From Muribaculaceae bacterium (lineage in GTDB: Bacteria > Bacteroidota > Bacteroidia > Bacteroidales > Muribaculaceae): DNA of 64,000 nucleotides. The DNA lies in NCBI GenBank assembly GCA_017473615.1, contig JAFUKL010000024.1, positions 4,029-68,028 on the forward strand. The letters run 5' to 3'. Under the pieces are notes generated by a model. It ran no database searches and was not told the DNA's origin. It worked only from the letters and a program-made list of their open reading frames with translations. A program made the translations under genes and the position numbers. Below, one piece after another: positions 26,271 to 36,189 of this stretch. Each line of letters starts with the position of its first letter. Position 1 is the first letter of the stretch.

Positions 26271-26942
26271 ATGAAATCATTGAAAACAATGAAGTCGTTA
26301 ATGCCGGGAGTGATATTAATCTTATCACTCTCTGCTTGTAATGGCATAATGGGCGGTATGTATGACGAGCCTGCAGCGGAAACGGAAAATGACTATGGGT
26401 TTATTAAAGTGGATGAATCTGCCAATTCCGGTGTTGTCTATATCAACGCTTCAGAATACACTAACTGGAATTTCATAGATTTTCATAAAAAAAAGATTGA
26501 AACAGTAGAAATAGGTGAGGGAATGCAAGAGCCGGTCAATTGGGATATAGCAGTGCATAGATACGATACGAAAACTAATAATGGTGTAGTTTTAGAAACC
26601 GAATTTACCGATTTCGGCGCATTAAAGGCTTTAGGCTCGATACCTGATGGTGCATTTGTGGCAGATATTTGGACAACCGACCGAATTGCCGTGGATATGT
26701 CGGGGATGATGGATGGTGTTATACTATATACGGAATCCTATTATAATCCTGAACTGTCCAAGTGGCTTAATGTGGATACAAGCACAATGCCGCCTATTTA
26801 CACCATGTCAAAAAAAGTGTATTTGGTGAGGTTGAAAGACGGAACGTATGCCGCATTGAGACTCTCTAATTTTATGAATGAAGCTTCAGTAAAAGGATAT
26901 ATGACAATAGAATACATGTATCCGTTTGAATTTGAGAATTGA
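26271..26942 (+). CDS. hmuY: HmuY-family haem-binding lipoprotein
   Basis: Lipobox LSLSACNG. It has the NWDIAVHRYDTKTNNG motif, and both size and position ahead of the TonB-dependent receptor match the P. gingivalis hmuYRSTUV operon. Confidence 0.8.
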   Translation: MKSLKTMKSLMPGVILILSLSACNGIMGGMYDEPAAETENDYGFIKVDESANSGVVYINASEYTNWNFIDFHKKKIETVEIGEGMQEPVNWDIAVHRYDTKTNNGVVLETEFTDFGALKALGSIPDGAFVADIWTTDRIAVDMSGMMDGVILYTESYYNPELSKWLNVDTSTMPPIYTMSKKVYLVRLKDGTYAALRLSNFMNEASVKGYMTIEYMYPFEFEN

Positions 26943-29071
26943 AGATGATGAAATGTTTTAAGTATTTGTGTTTGATGTTGTGCATGTTATCTGTGGTTGA
27001 GACGTATGCACAACGCATTGTTTCCGGTACTGTTGCTGATACCGGAAATAACCCGTTGGCAGGGGCAGTGGTTACGGTCAAGGAATTGCCTGCTATAGGT
27101 GTGTCAGCCGACGGTGACGGGATATACAGTATTACACTTCCTGATAATAAAAAATATACACTTCAGGTTTCATATATAGGCTACATACCCCAAATAAAAG
27201 TTTTGGAGGGAAAACATTCAGAGCCTGTTGATTTTTTTATGGTGCAGGATGCCCTGAATCTTAATACTGTAGTGGTTACAGGAACGAGAACTCCCAAATT
27301 GCTGAAGGATGCTCCGATTGTAACACGTGTTCTCACACAGAATGATATTAAAAAAGCCGATGCTACACATATAGGAGATTTGTTGCAGTCAGAATTACCC
27401 GGTATTGAGTTCTCTTACTCCATGAATCAGCAGACTTCGCTTAATATGCAGGGGTTTGGCGGAAATTCGGTGTTGTTTCTTGTTGATGGGGAGCGGCTTG
27501 CAGGGGAGACTTTGGATAATATTGACTATAGCCGCCTTAACATGGATAACGTTGGGCGTGTGGAAATTGTGAAGGGTGCAGCATCTTCGTTGTATGGCTC
27601 AAATGCTGTGGGTGGAGTAGTGAATGTCATCAGCCGGGATGCCAAAGAACCGTGGTCGGTGAATCTGAATACGCGTTTTGGCGCGAATAACAGCCGTCGC
27701 TACGGTGTGTCGGTCGGAGTGAATCAAGGTATTGTACAGAGTATGACTAATGTGCAACATACTGCGGTTGATGCCGTGAATTTGCAAGGCGATGGCGACT
27801 ACAGCAAAATATACGGCAGCAAGACTTGGAGCGTCAAGGAAAGATTTGTTATCACACCTCTTGAAAAACTTAAAATAACTGCTCGTGCAGGTTATTTTTT
27901 TCGTGAGCGTAATTCATCGGAAGTGAGCAAGGAACGTTATCGTGATTTCAATGGTGGATTAAAAGGTAATTATAAATTTGGTGCAAATGACTTGGAATTG
28001 TCTTATTCGTTTGACCAATATGATAAAAGTGATTATCAACCCTTATCCAGAACTGATGTCAGGGATTACAGTAATGTGCAACATACGGTAAGGGGAATTT
28101 ATAACCATGAGATAGGTGATAATATTCTTACAGTGGGTGGAGACTTTATGCGTGATTATCTGATGTCTTATCAGTTTACCGATGGAGGAAGTTACACACA
28201 ATATACAACAGATGCTTTTGCGCAGTTTGATTGGAATCCTACGAAGCGGTTCAATATTATTACGGGGTTGCGTTTCGATCATTTTTCGGAGGCTGACGTA
28301 AAGCATTTTTCGCCAAAACTGGGGATAATGTATAAGTTCAACAATTGTTCGTTGAGAGGCTCTTATGCAGGCGGTTTTCGTGCGCCTACGTTGAAAGAAA
28401 TGTATATGAATTTTGACATGGCAAGTATTTTCATGATTTACGGCAATAAAAATCTGAAAGCCGAGTCCAGTCATAACTTTTCTCTTTCGGCAGAATATAT
28501 CAAGGGTAGATATAACCTGACTGTTACGGGATTTTATAATATCGTGGATAACAGAATCACTACAGCGTGGAATGATGACTTGAAAGGCATGGTATATACG
28601 AATATGGCTAACCTTAAAGTGTATGGAGTTGACGCCAATGCAGTTGCTAAATTCCCATGTGGTATATCGGCTCGCCTTTCATACGCTTATACGCATGAGC
28701 ATATCAAGAAAGGAGAACCGTTAACATCGTCTACGCGTCCTCATACTGCCACAGCACGTGTGGAGTATGGCAAGAACTGGAAAGATTACGGCTTTAATTT
28801 GTCGTTGAATGGGCGATTCTTATCTCGGGTTACTACCGATGTATATACTTCGACTACATCTTATGAAGAAACCGAAAGACAGACATATCCGGCATATACA
28901 ATATGGAAATTAAGCTTGTCTAATCGTATATGGAAAGGTATAAATCTCACATTGACAGTGGACAATCTGTTCAACTACGTGCCTTCATATTATTATAGCA
29001 ATTCGCCGAGTACAACGGGAACAACGTTTATGGCGGGATTGTCGGTAAACATAGAAGATTTTTTTAAGTGA
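26939..29071 (+). CDS. hmuR: TonB-dependent outer-membrane haem receptor
   Basis: CarboxypepD_reg-like N-terminus (VSGTVADTGNNPLAGAVVTV), plug domain (VVVTGTRTP..; GAASSLYGSNAVGGVVNVI) and a C-terminal beta-barrel ending in an aromatic residue. Confidence 0.85.
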   Translation: MKMMKCFKYLCLMLCMLSVVETYAQRIVSGTVADTGNNPLAGAVVTVKELPAIGVSADGDGIYSITLPDNKKYTLQVSYIGYIPQIKVLEGKHSEPVDFFMVQDALNLNTVVVTGTRTPKLLKDAPIVTRVLTQNDIKKADATHIGDLLQSELPGIEFSYSMNQQTSLNMQGFGGNSVLFLVDGERLAGETLDNIDYSRLNMDNVGRVEIVKGAASSLYGSNAVGGVVNVISRDAKEPWSVNLNTRFGANNSRRYGVSVGVNQGIVQSMTNVQHTAVDAVNLQGDGDYSKIYGSKTWSVKERFVITPLEKLKITARAGYFFRERNSSEVSKERYRDFNGGLKGNYKFGANDLELSYSFDQYDKSDYQPLSRTDVRDYSNVQHTVRGIYNHEIGDNILTVGGDFMRDYLMSYQFTDGGSYTQYTTDAFAQFDWNPTKRFNIITGLRFDHFSEADVKHFSPKLGIMYKFNNCSLRGSYAGGFRAPTLKEMYMNFDMASIFMIYGNKNLKAESSHNFSLSAEYIKGRYNLTVTGFYNIVDNRITTAWNDDLKGMVYTNMANLKVYGVDANAVAKFPCGISARLSYAYTHEHIKKGEPLTSSTRPHTATARVEYGKNWKDYGFNLSLNGRFLSRVTTDVYTSTTSYEETERQTYPAYTIWKLSLSNRIWKGINLTLTVDNLFNYVPSYYYSNSPSTTGTTFMAGLSVNIEDFFK

Positions 29072-29089
29072 AAATAAAAGATTGCGGAA

Positions 29090-32000
29090 ATGAAGAAAAA
29101 AAGGTTAATTATAGGAAGTGGAGCTTTGTTGTCGGTAATTTTATGTGTGGTGGCATGGAACGTATGGTTTGGTGTTACCAATGTGGCATTTATAAATTAT
29201 CAGGTTATTAATTTAGGGCAGATTTCCAAAGCTAATGATAATTCTTTTATAAAAATAACAGCACTTGAAACGGATGATATAGATAATATAACATCTTATG
29301 ACATGGTGTTCATGAACGCTATGGGACTTCGCATAACGGAAGAACAACGAGCGGTGATAGAAGATGCTGCATATAACGGAATCCCTATATTGACGACTGC
29401 GGCAACCAATCCGGCTAATAATATAACATCATTGGATTCGGTGCAAGTTGAGGATTTGCGTAAATATCTTACAAATGGAGGGCGGCGTAATTATAGAAGC
29501 ATGTTGAATTATGTGCGTAAGTATATAGATGGTAAAATTATATCGGTGAAAGAGCCGGAACCGGCAACATTGCGTTCCAATGACATGTTTTATCATGCTG
29601 ATCCTAAAAAACCGGATGAAGAGGAACTTGGATTTAATACAATAAAGGATTACAATGCGTTCTTGGCTGATAACGGATTATATCTGTTGAATGCCCCATG
29701 CGTGGTTGTAACAGGTCAAATGGGTGAGCCAACTGAACTCATTAAGAAATTAGAGGAAACCGGCAATAATGTGTATCCGGTGCGTAATATGCGTGCGTTT
29801 ATCGGTTCGGGAATGGCAGATAGCGTGAATGTGTCGGCTGTAATAAATATGGCTCATGGTCGTATGGGTGACTATATTGTCGATTATTTGAAAGAAAAAA
29901 ATATTCCGTTATTCGCTCCATTAAATGTTAATCGTTTGGTTGAAGAGTGGGAAAACGACAAATTGGGAATGAGCGGGGGCTTTATGTCCCAGAGTATTGT
30001 AACTCCGGAGATAGATGGGGCGATACGTCCTTATGCCTTATTCGGACATTATAAGGACGAAGAAGGATTGCAACACGCTTATGCTATCCCTGAACGCCTT
30101 GAAACTTTTGTGGAGACTGTAAACAATTATATCGGTCTGAAAAATAAGCCTAATGCAGAAAAACGAGTGGCAATTTATTATTATAAAGGACCGGGGCAAA
30201 ACGCTATGACCGCCGGAGGAATGGAAGTATGTTCTTCTCTTTATAATTTACTGAAACGTATGAAACAAGAGGGATATAGCGTTAATCTGCCTGCGTCAGT
30301 CGACGAATTAAGCCGATTGATACAGGCACAGGGCTCGGTGTTCGGCAACTATGCTGAAGGAGCGTATTCGGATTTCATGAAAAACGGTAATCCTGTACTT
30401 GTTACAAAAGAACAATATGAAGAATGGGTAAATAAAGCATTGAGACCGGAAAAGTATGCTGAAGCTGTGGCTGTAAATGGTGAATTTCCGGGAGATTATA
30501 TGGTAAGCGATGACGGGCGTTTAGGCGTGGCACGTGTAGACTTGGGTAATGTAGTCCTTTTGCCACAGAATGCTGCGGGAAATGGTGATAACTCATTTAA
30601 GGTGGTGCATGGTACTGATGCTGCTCCTCCACACGCTTATATAGCATCTTATTTGTGGACACAATACGGATTCTGTGCCGATGTGTTGATTCACTTCGGT
30701 ACGCATGGAAGTTTGGAATTCACACCGAGAAAACAGGTGGCATTAAGCAATAATGATTGGTCGGACAGACTTGTAGGGGCTATGCCTCACTTGTATGTAT
30801 ACTCTATAGGAAATGTGGGTGAAGGTGTAATTGCTAAACGCCGTTCGTATGCCGGCTTGCAATCCTATCTTACGCCTCCGTTTATGGAAAGCAATGTGAG
30901 AGGAATATACAAAGAACTTAATAAAGCCATAAAAGCTTATAATAACAGTCTTGGTGACGGAGAGGCTTTAACCGATGCTCAAAAAGCGGTGTTGGAGCGA
31001 AATTCGTTAGCGGTTAAGAAAGCGGCTGTAAAAATGGGTATTCACCGCGAATTGAGCCTTGACAGTGTGATGTCAATACCATATACAGAAGAGGAAATCA
31101 TGCGTATCGAAACTTTTGCCGAGGAATTGGCAAATGAAAAAGTTACAGGTCAATTATACACAATGGGTGTTCCTTATAGCAGTGAGCGAATAAAAAGCAG
31201 CGTGTATGCCATGACTGTAGAACCTGTTGCTTACAGTTTGCTTGCTCTTGATAAACAGCGCAATAAAGTGAAAGGTGACGTTGAAAAACATAAGTCTGTT
31301 TTCACGGCACGTTATTTGAATCCTGCACGAGATTTGGTGACAAGGTTACTGGTTGATTCTGATGCTGCAAGTGATGAACTGATTTGTCATATTGCGGGGA
31401 TTACTGCCGGAGAATTGGCTAAGGCACGTGAAATAGATGCGTCAAGAAAAGCTCCGCAAGGAATGATGGCTATGATGATGGCTATGTCGGGCGCAAATTC
31501 ATCACCTCATGCTGCGGCTGTGTCACCGAAAAAATCAAAGAAAACAAGTGCTGCGCTTGAAATGGCTAAGAGTTTTGGGGCAAGTGAAGAACAATTAAAG
31601 AAGATGGAGGCTTCTATGATGAAAAAAGAGCAGAAAGGTAAATCTTCTACAGAGACTAAGCCGAAGTCTGCGCATGCTTCAGGTAAAATGGCAGAGATGA
31701 TAAAAAACTCTATTCAGAAAAAGGAATATTCTAAGGAGGAAATCAATTTTTCTGTTGCTGTTATGGAGGTTGAACGTACGATAAAAAATGTGCATAATTA
31801 TAAGAAGGCTTTACAGGAAAGTCCGGAACGTGAACTGGAGTCTTTGATAAATGCCATGAACGGAGGTTATACTGCACCATCAGCCGGAGGAGATCCGGTG
31901 GCTAATCCAAACACCTTGCCTACAGGCAGGAACTTGTATGCGATTAATGCCGAGGCCACACCGAGCGAGAGCGCATGGGAGAAAGGTGTGCAATTGGCAA

Positions 32001-33421
32001 ACAATACCATCGAAATGTATAAGAAACGTCATAATGACAGTATTCCTCATAAGGTGAGCTACACTCTCTGGAGCGGAGAGTTTATAGAGACCGAAGGTGC
32101 TACGATAGCGCAAGTACTCTATATGCTTGGGGTAGAGCCTATACGTGATGCTTTCGGGCGTGTGACTGATTTACGGTTGATTCCTTCAAAAGAATTGGGT
32201 CGTCCACGTATAGACGTGGTGGTTCAAACCAGCGGTCAGTTGCGGGACATTGCGGCTTCCCGGTTGTTTCTTATAAATAGAGCTGTGGAAATGGCTGCTG
32301 CCGCCAAGGATGACGAGTATGAAAATCAAGTGGCGGCAAGTGCCGTAGAAGCTGAACGAAGATTGATAGAAAAAGGGTTGTCGCCAAAAGAAGCGCGTGA
32401 AATATCCACATTCCGTGTGTTTGGCGGAGTGAACGGAAACTACGGTACTGGGATACAAGGAATGGTGCAAAGTGGAGACCGTTGGGAGAATGAATCGGAA
32501 ATAGCCGATGTTTATTTGAATAACATGGGTGCGTTCTATGGAAGTGAGAAGAATTGGGAAGCGGTGCGCCAATATGCTTTTGAGGCAGCTTTGTCCAATA
32601 CCGATGCTGTAATACAGCCTCGGCAGAGCAATACATGGGGCGCATTGAGTCTTGACCACGTGTATGAGTTTATGGGTGGAATGAATTTGGCGGTACGCAG
32701 TGTTACCGGTAAAGATCCTGACGCATACTTGAGCGATTACCGTAATCGTAATAAGGCTCGCATGCAAGAGGTGAAAGAGGCGATAGGCGTAGAAAGCCGT
32801 ACCACGATATTCAATCCTGAATATATAAAGGAAAAGATGAAAGGAGAAGCAGGTTCTGCCAATACGTTTGCCGAGATTATTCAGAATACTTATGGCTGGA
32901 ATGTTATGAAACCCAAGGCTGTGGATAATGAAATGTGGGATGAAATATATAATGTATATGTAAAAGATAAGTTCGGTCTTGGTGTTAAGAATTATTTCGA
33001 GACCGGCAATCCTGCGGCTCTTGAAGAAATGACTGCCGTGATGATGGAGACCGCCCGTAAAGGTATGTGGAAAGCCACTGATGAGCAGTTGGCTGATATT
33101 GCCAAGCTGCATACTGAACTTGTAAACAAATACAAGCCCTCATGCTCAGGTTTTGTGTGTGATAATGCCAAATTGCGTGACTTTATAGCGTCAAAGGCTG
33201 ATGAAAATGCTGCCGATGAATATAAACAGAATATAAAAGAGATAAGGGAATCTTCCATAAGTGGAGAGAAAAAAGGAATGGTGATGAAAAAAGAGGAGTT
33301 GGTTCAGGATGACAAGGTAACTACGGTACTGAATAATGTTATCGTAGGAGCGATTGTCGTAGGAGCGATCGTAATATTGATTCTTCTTGTGCGTCATCGC
33401 CGTAAAAAGATGCAGGAATAA
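29090..33421 (+). CDS. hmuS: CobN/Mg-chelatase-family protein (HmuS), C-terminally membrane-anchored
   Basis: It is 1443 aa with CobN-type blocks (HFGTHGSLEFTPRK, TGRNLYAINAEATPS, VVQTSGQLRD). The C-terminal TM helix is VIVGAIVVGAIVILILLV. Confidence 0.85.
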   Translation: MKKKRLIIGSGALLSVILCVVAWNVWFGVTNVAFINYQVINLGQISKANDNSFIKITALETDDIDNITSYDMVFMNAMGLRITEEQRAVIEDAAYNGIPILTTAATNPANNITSLDSVQVEDLRKYLTNGGRRNYRSMLNYVRKYIDGKIISVKEPEPATLRSNDMFYHADPKKPDEEELGFNTIKDYNAFLADNGLYLLNAPCVVVTGQMGEPTELIKKLEETGNNVYPVRNMRAFIGSGMADSVNVSAVINMAHGRMGDYIVDYLKEKNIPLFAPLNVNRLVEEWENDKLGMSGGFMSQSIVTPEIDGAIRPYALFGHYKDEEGLQHAYAIPERLETFVETVNNYIGLKNKPNAEKRVAIYYYKGPGQNAMTAGGMEVCSSLYNLLKRMKQEGYSVNLPASVDELSRLIQAQGSVFGNYAEGAYSDFMKNGNPVLVTKEQYEEWVNKALRPEKYAEAVAVNGEFPGDYMVSDDGRLGVARVDLGNVVLLPQNAAGNGDNSFKVVHGTDAAPPHAYIASYLWTQYGFCADVLIHFGTHGSLEFTPRKQVALSNNDWSDRLVGAMPHLYVYSIGNVGEGVIAKRRSYAGLQSYLTPPFMESNVRGIYKELNKAIKAYNNSLGDGEALTDAQKAVLERNSLAVKKAAVKMGIHRELSLDSVMSIPYTEEEIMRIETFAEELANEKVTGQLYTMGVPYSSERIKSSVYAMTVEPVAYSLLALDKQRNKVKGDVEKHKSVFTARYLNPARDLVTRLLVDSDAASDELICHIAGITAGELAKAREIDASRKAPQGMMAMMMAMSGANSSPHAAAVSPKKSKKTSAALEMAKSFGASEEQLKKMEASMMKKEQKGKSSTETKPKSAHASGKMAEMIKNSIQKKEYSKEEINFSVAVMEVERTIKNVHNYKKALQESPERELESLINAMNGGYTAPSAGGDPVANPNTLPTGRNLYAINAEATPSESAWEKGVQLANNTIEMYKKRHNDSIPHKVSYTLWSGEFIETEGATIAQVLYMLGVEPIRDAFGRVTDLRLIPSKELGRPRIDVVVQTSGQLRDIAASRLFLINRAVEMAAAAKDDEYENQVAASAVEAERRLIEKGLSPKEAREISTFRVFGGVNGNYGTGIQGMVQSGDRWENESEIADVYLNNMGAFYGSEKNWEAVRQYAFEAALSNTDAVIQPRQSNTWGALSLDHVYEFMGGMNLAVRSVTGKDPDAYLSDYRNRNKARMQEVKEAIGVESRTTIFNPEYIKEKMKGEAGSANTFAEIIQNTYGWNVMKPKAVDNEMWDEIYNVYVKDKFGLGVKNYFETGNPAALEEMTAVMMETARKGMWKATDEQLADIAKLHTELVNKYKPSCSGFVCDNAKLRDFIASKADENAADEYKQNIKEIRESSISGEKKGMVMKKEELVQDDKVTTVLNNVIVGAIVVGAIVILILLVRHRRKKMQE

Positions 33422-34110
33422 TGGAAACGGTTGTTTTTATATTGATGATATTGGTCTGTTTTAATTTTATTTTGAAACAGACCTACCGGAAGGTTTATTC
33501 TGTAGCCGGCATCTCGCTTATATGTGCATTGTTTGTCGGGTTTGCCTATCCTTATGCAATAGAACAGTCTAAATCTCAAATCTCTGATTGGCTCGCCAAT
33601 ACGCAGCTGATGCTCGATATCTCTGTGGTACTTACTGTGGAAGTTGTTATTCAGATGTCGTTCTGCATGTTGGCAGCATATATGCAAACTGCCGGAGAAG
33701 TGAAAAAGAGAACGCTGTGGGCATATCGTGCTTTACGTTGGTTTCCGGGGATACTTATATTCCCTGTGTTGTTCAGTTGTCTTGTGGCTGTTATTTTTTC
33801 ATTCCCGGGAGTATCTTTTTCGTTAATTTCATGGAGTCTTGCTGCCGTTGTGGTGCTTGTGATACCATTGGGTAGCCTGTTCATGAAGTGGCTTATACCA
33901 GAAAAGGAGTTGCGTTTGGAACTGCTATTCCTGTGTAATGCGTTGATAGGAATTCTCGGCGTGATAGCCACGGTGAACGGCACTACTGCGGTAAAGGGAA
34001 TAAGTGAAGTGGATTGGGCTGCGTTGGCAGGATTGATTGCATTGGTTATAGCCGGAGCTGCGGCAGGCTTGGTCTTTAGATACGTAAAAATAAAAAAACA
34101 ATTTAAATAA
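33421..34110 (+). CDS. hmuT: HmuT-like polytopic membrane protein
   Basis: About 6 TM helices, with an ATG overlapping the hmuS stop. The call rests on position in the hmu operon. Confidence 0.7.
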   Translation: METVVFILMILVCFNFILKQTYRKVYSVAGISLICALFVGFAYPYAIEQSKSQISDWLANTQLMLDISVVLTVEVVIQMSFCMLAAYMQTAGEVKKRTLWAYRALRWFPGILIFPVLFSCLVAVIFSFPGVSFSLISWSLAAVVVLVIPLGSLFMKWLIPEKELRLELLFLCNALIGILGVIATVNGTTAVKGISEVDWAALAGLIALVIAGAAAGLVFRYVKIKKQFK

Positions 34111-34119
34111 CATATAATT

Positions 34120-34722
34120 ATGAATTACATTTCTGATATTCTTTATTGGATTTCAACAGGCTTATTAGTACCTGTGATTGTGTTGCTGATACTGATGTTT
34201 ATACGCTCATTACTGCTTATAGGCAGCTTTTTCGGGCAGTATCTGTCTATGAGGAGAACCGGAGCTTTGTTGAAGGGAGAGTTTGATAAATTAGATGCTT
34301 CTAATATTCAAGATTTGGAGGAACGGTTGCCTAAGAAGAATACCTCATTAGTAGTGACGTATATAGGCAGGATTTTGAAAGTTAAGGACAGTGAGGCTCA
34401 TGTAGAGCGATTACTTGGAGAGTATGAGGTAGAGGCAGATAAAGATTTGTCTACATCGAAAACATTGACAAAAATGGGGCCTATGCTTGGACTGATGGGT
34501 ACATTGATTCCTATGGGACCGGCATTGGTGGGTCTTGCAGCCGGTGATATAGCATCAATGGCATATAATATGCAGGTGGCATTTGCTACTACAGTCGTGG
34601 GCTTGTTTGCTGCCGGTATCGGATTCGTTACTCAGCAGGTTAAACAGCGTTGGTATCGTCAAGATATGACAAACTTGGAATTTCTTGCCGAATTGTTGAA
34701 TGAAAGCAGGCGAAAAGCATGA
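34120..34722 (+). CDS. hmuU: MotA/TolQ/ExbB-family proton channel protein (HmuU)
   Basis: The topology and GPMLGLMGTLIPMGPAL motif are characteristic of ExbB/TolQ-type proteins. Confidence 0.8.
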   Translation: MNYISDILYWISTGLLVPVIVLLILMFIRSLLLIGSFFGQYLSMRRTGALLKGEFDKLDASNIQDLEERLPKKNTSLVVTYIGRILKVKDSEAHVERLLGEYEVEADKDLSTSKTLTKMGPMLGLMGTLIPMGPALVGLAAGDIASMAYNMQVAFATTVVGLFAAGIGFVTQQVKQRWYRQDMTNLEFLAELLNESRRKA

Positions 34723-35054
34723 GAAGACATAGGGGATTACTATTGGGCGCAGATGAAGATAACGACCCTATGAGCGTTGTCAGCAATCTGTTTGATGTGG
34801 CTATGGTGTTTGCCGTTGCGCTGATGGTAGCATTGGTTACACGGTATAATATGACAGAAATGTTCAGTCAGGAGGATTTCACCGTTGTGAAAAACCCTGG
34901 AAAGGAAAATATGGAGATAATAACCAAGGAAGGGCAGAAGATTAACAGGTATACCCCCTCGGAAGACCAAGAGAATAAAAGCGGTAAAAAAGGTAAAAAG
35001 GTGGGTGTTGCTTATGAACTTGAGAATGGTGAGATTATCTATGTACCTGAATAG
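34719..35054 (+). CDS. hmuV: HmuV-like small membrane protein (DUF2149-type)
   Basis: A 4-nt overlap with hmuU, a single TM helix (VAMVFAVALMVALV), and the terminal position in the hmu operon. Confidence 0.65.
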   Translation: MRRHRGLLLGADEDNDPMSVVSNLFDVAMVFAVALMVALVTRYNMTEMFSQEDFTVVKNPGKENMEIITKEGQKINRYTPSEDQENKSGKKGKKVGVAYELENGEIIYVPE

Positions 35055-35112
35055 GTTGGCAGTTTAATGTTCTTATAAGATAGGTTCTAAACTGTTTCTA
35101 ACCGATATATTA

Positions 35113-35155
35113 AGCGAATCGCTCTTTGTATTGCAGGGTGATTCGCTTTTTTGGG
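35113..35155 (+). terminator. Intrinsic terminator of the hmu operon
   Basis: agcgaatcgctc...gattcgct followed by tttttt. Confidence 0.75.
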
Positions 35156-35374
35156 ATGTTTGGTGTGACAAATATGTTTCAGTAGTGTTGTAGATGTTGA
35201 TTTGTGCTGACTTTTATTATTTAAATTTCGTATAAATAAGCATAATTAATATTTTGATATATAATGTTGTAGAAAATAAATAAAAGATTTTAGTAACTAA
35301 AATGTAACACAAGTGAAATAAAATGTATATATTTGTAACAGAAAAATGTAAATAATTTAAAATAGGAGGTTGTT

Positions 35375-35881
35375 ATGAATACTGTTACAATGGAAAAAGA
35401 ATTATTGTCAATCAGACCGGGGCTTTATGATTATGCACGTCAGTTAACCCTTTGTGTGGAAGATGCTGAGGATTTAGTTCAAGAGACTATGTACAAGGTG
35501 CTGAAAAATGCGAAAATGTTTGTCTCCGAAAATAATTTTAAGGGATGGGCATATACCATACTGAAAAACATATTTATAAATGATTACAGAAAAAACGCAA
35601 AACGTAGACAGATTAATGACGTAACGCCGAATGACTATTTTTTGAATCTTACCAATGTTTATACTCAAGAAACGCCGGATATGGTATTGTCGGTAAAAGA
35701 AATTGATAGTGTAATAGCTCAATTTTCCGATGAATTGCGTGTGCCGTTCAAGTATTATTTAAATGGATACCCTTATCAGGAAATCGCCGATAAACTTTCT
35801 ATTCCGCTTGGAACAGTAAAAAGCCGCATCTTTTTTGCTCGTAAGAAATTACAGAAACTATTGAAAGACTATCGTGAATGA
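35375..35881 (+). CDS. ECF-type RNA polymerase sigma-70 family factor
   Basis: Region 2 (EDLVQETMYKVLKN.., FKGWAYTILKNIFINDYRK) and region 4 HTH (GYPYQEIADKLSIPLGTVKSRIFFARKKL). Confidence 0.9.
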   Translation: MNTVTMEKELLSIRPGLYDYARQLTLCVEDAEDLVQETMYKVLKNAKMFVSENNFKGWAYTILKNIFINDYRKNAKRRQINDVTPNDYFLNLTNVYTQETPDMVLSVKEIDSVIAQFSDELRVPFKYYLNGYPYQEIADKLSIPLGTVKSRIFFARKKLQKLLKDYRE

Positions 35882-35949
35882 TGACGATAGTCTTAGGAAA
35901 CTGTTTTTTATTTTTTGTAAAAAAATAAAACGACTTCTAAGGTGAAATC

Positions 35950-36189
35950 CTAATAATTTTCGCTGTCCGGTTTGTGGCTGTTCTGCTCGTTTTCTCGTTT
36001 TTGTTGCAGTTGTTCTCGTTTTTTCAGTACGAAATGCAGAAGGATTATGATAAGGAGGGTTATCCCGATGATGCCAAAGTAGTATAGATACCTGCCCGCA
36101 TGGAAATAGGATAATCCGAGTATTGACATTATGGCGAGATAAGCCAAAAGAGTTAGCGGTATGATTGTGGATTTTTTAATGCGTTTCAT
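35950..36189 (-). CDS. Small two-TM membrane protein (79 aa)
   Basis: Two hydrophobic helices. It overlaps the upstream exonuclease gene by 14 nt (translational coupling). Confidence 0.55.
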   Translation of the reverse strand: MKRIKKSTIIPLTLLAYLAIMSILGLSYFHAGRYLYYFGIIGITLLIIILLHFVLKKREQLQQKRENEQNSHKPDSENY

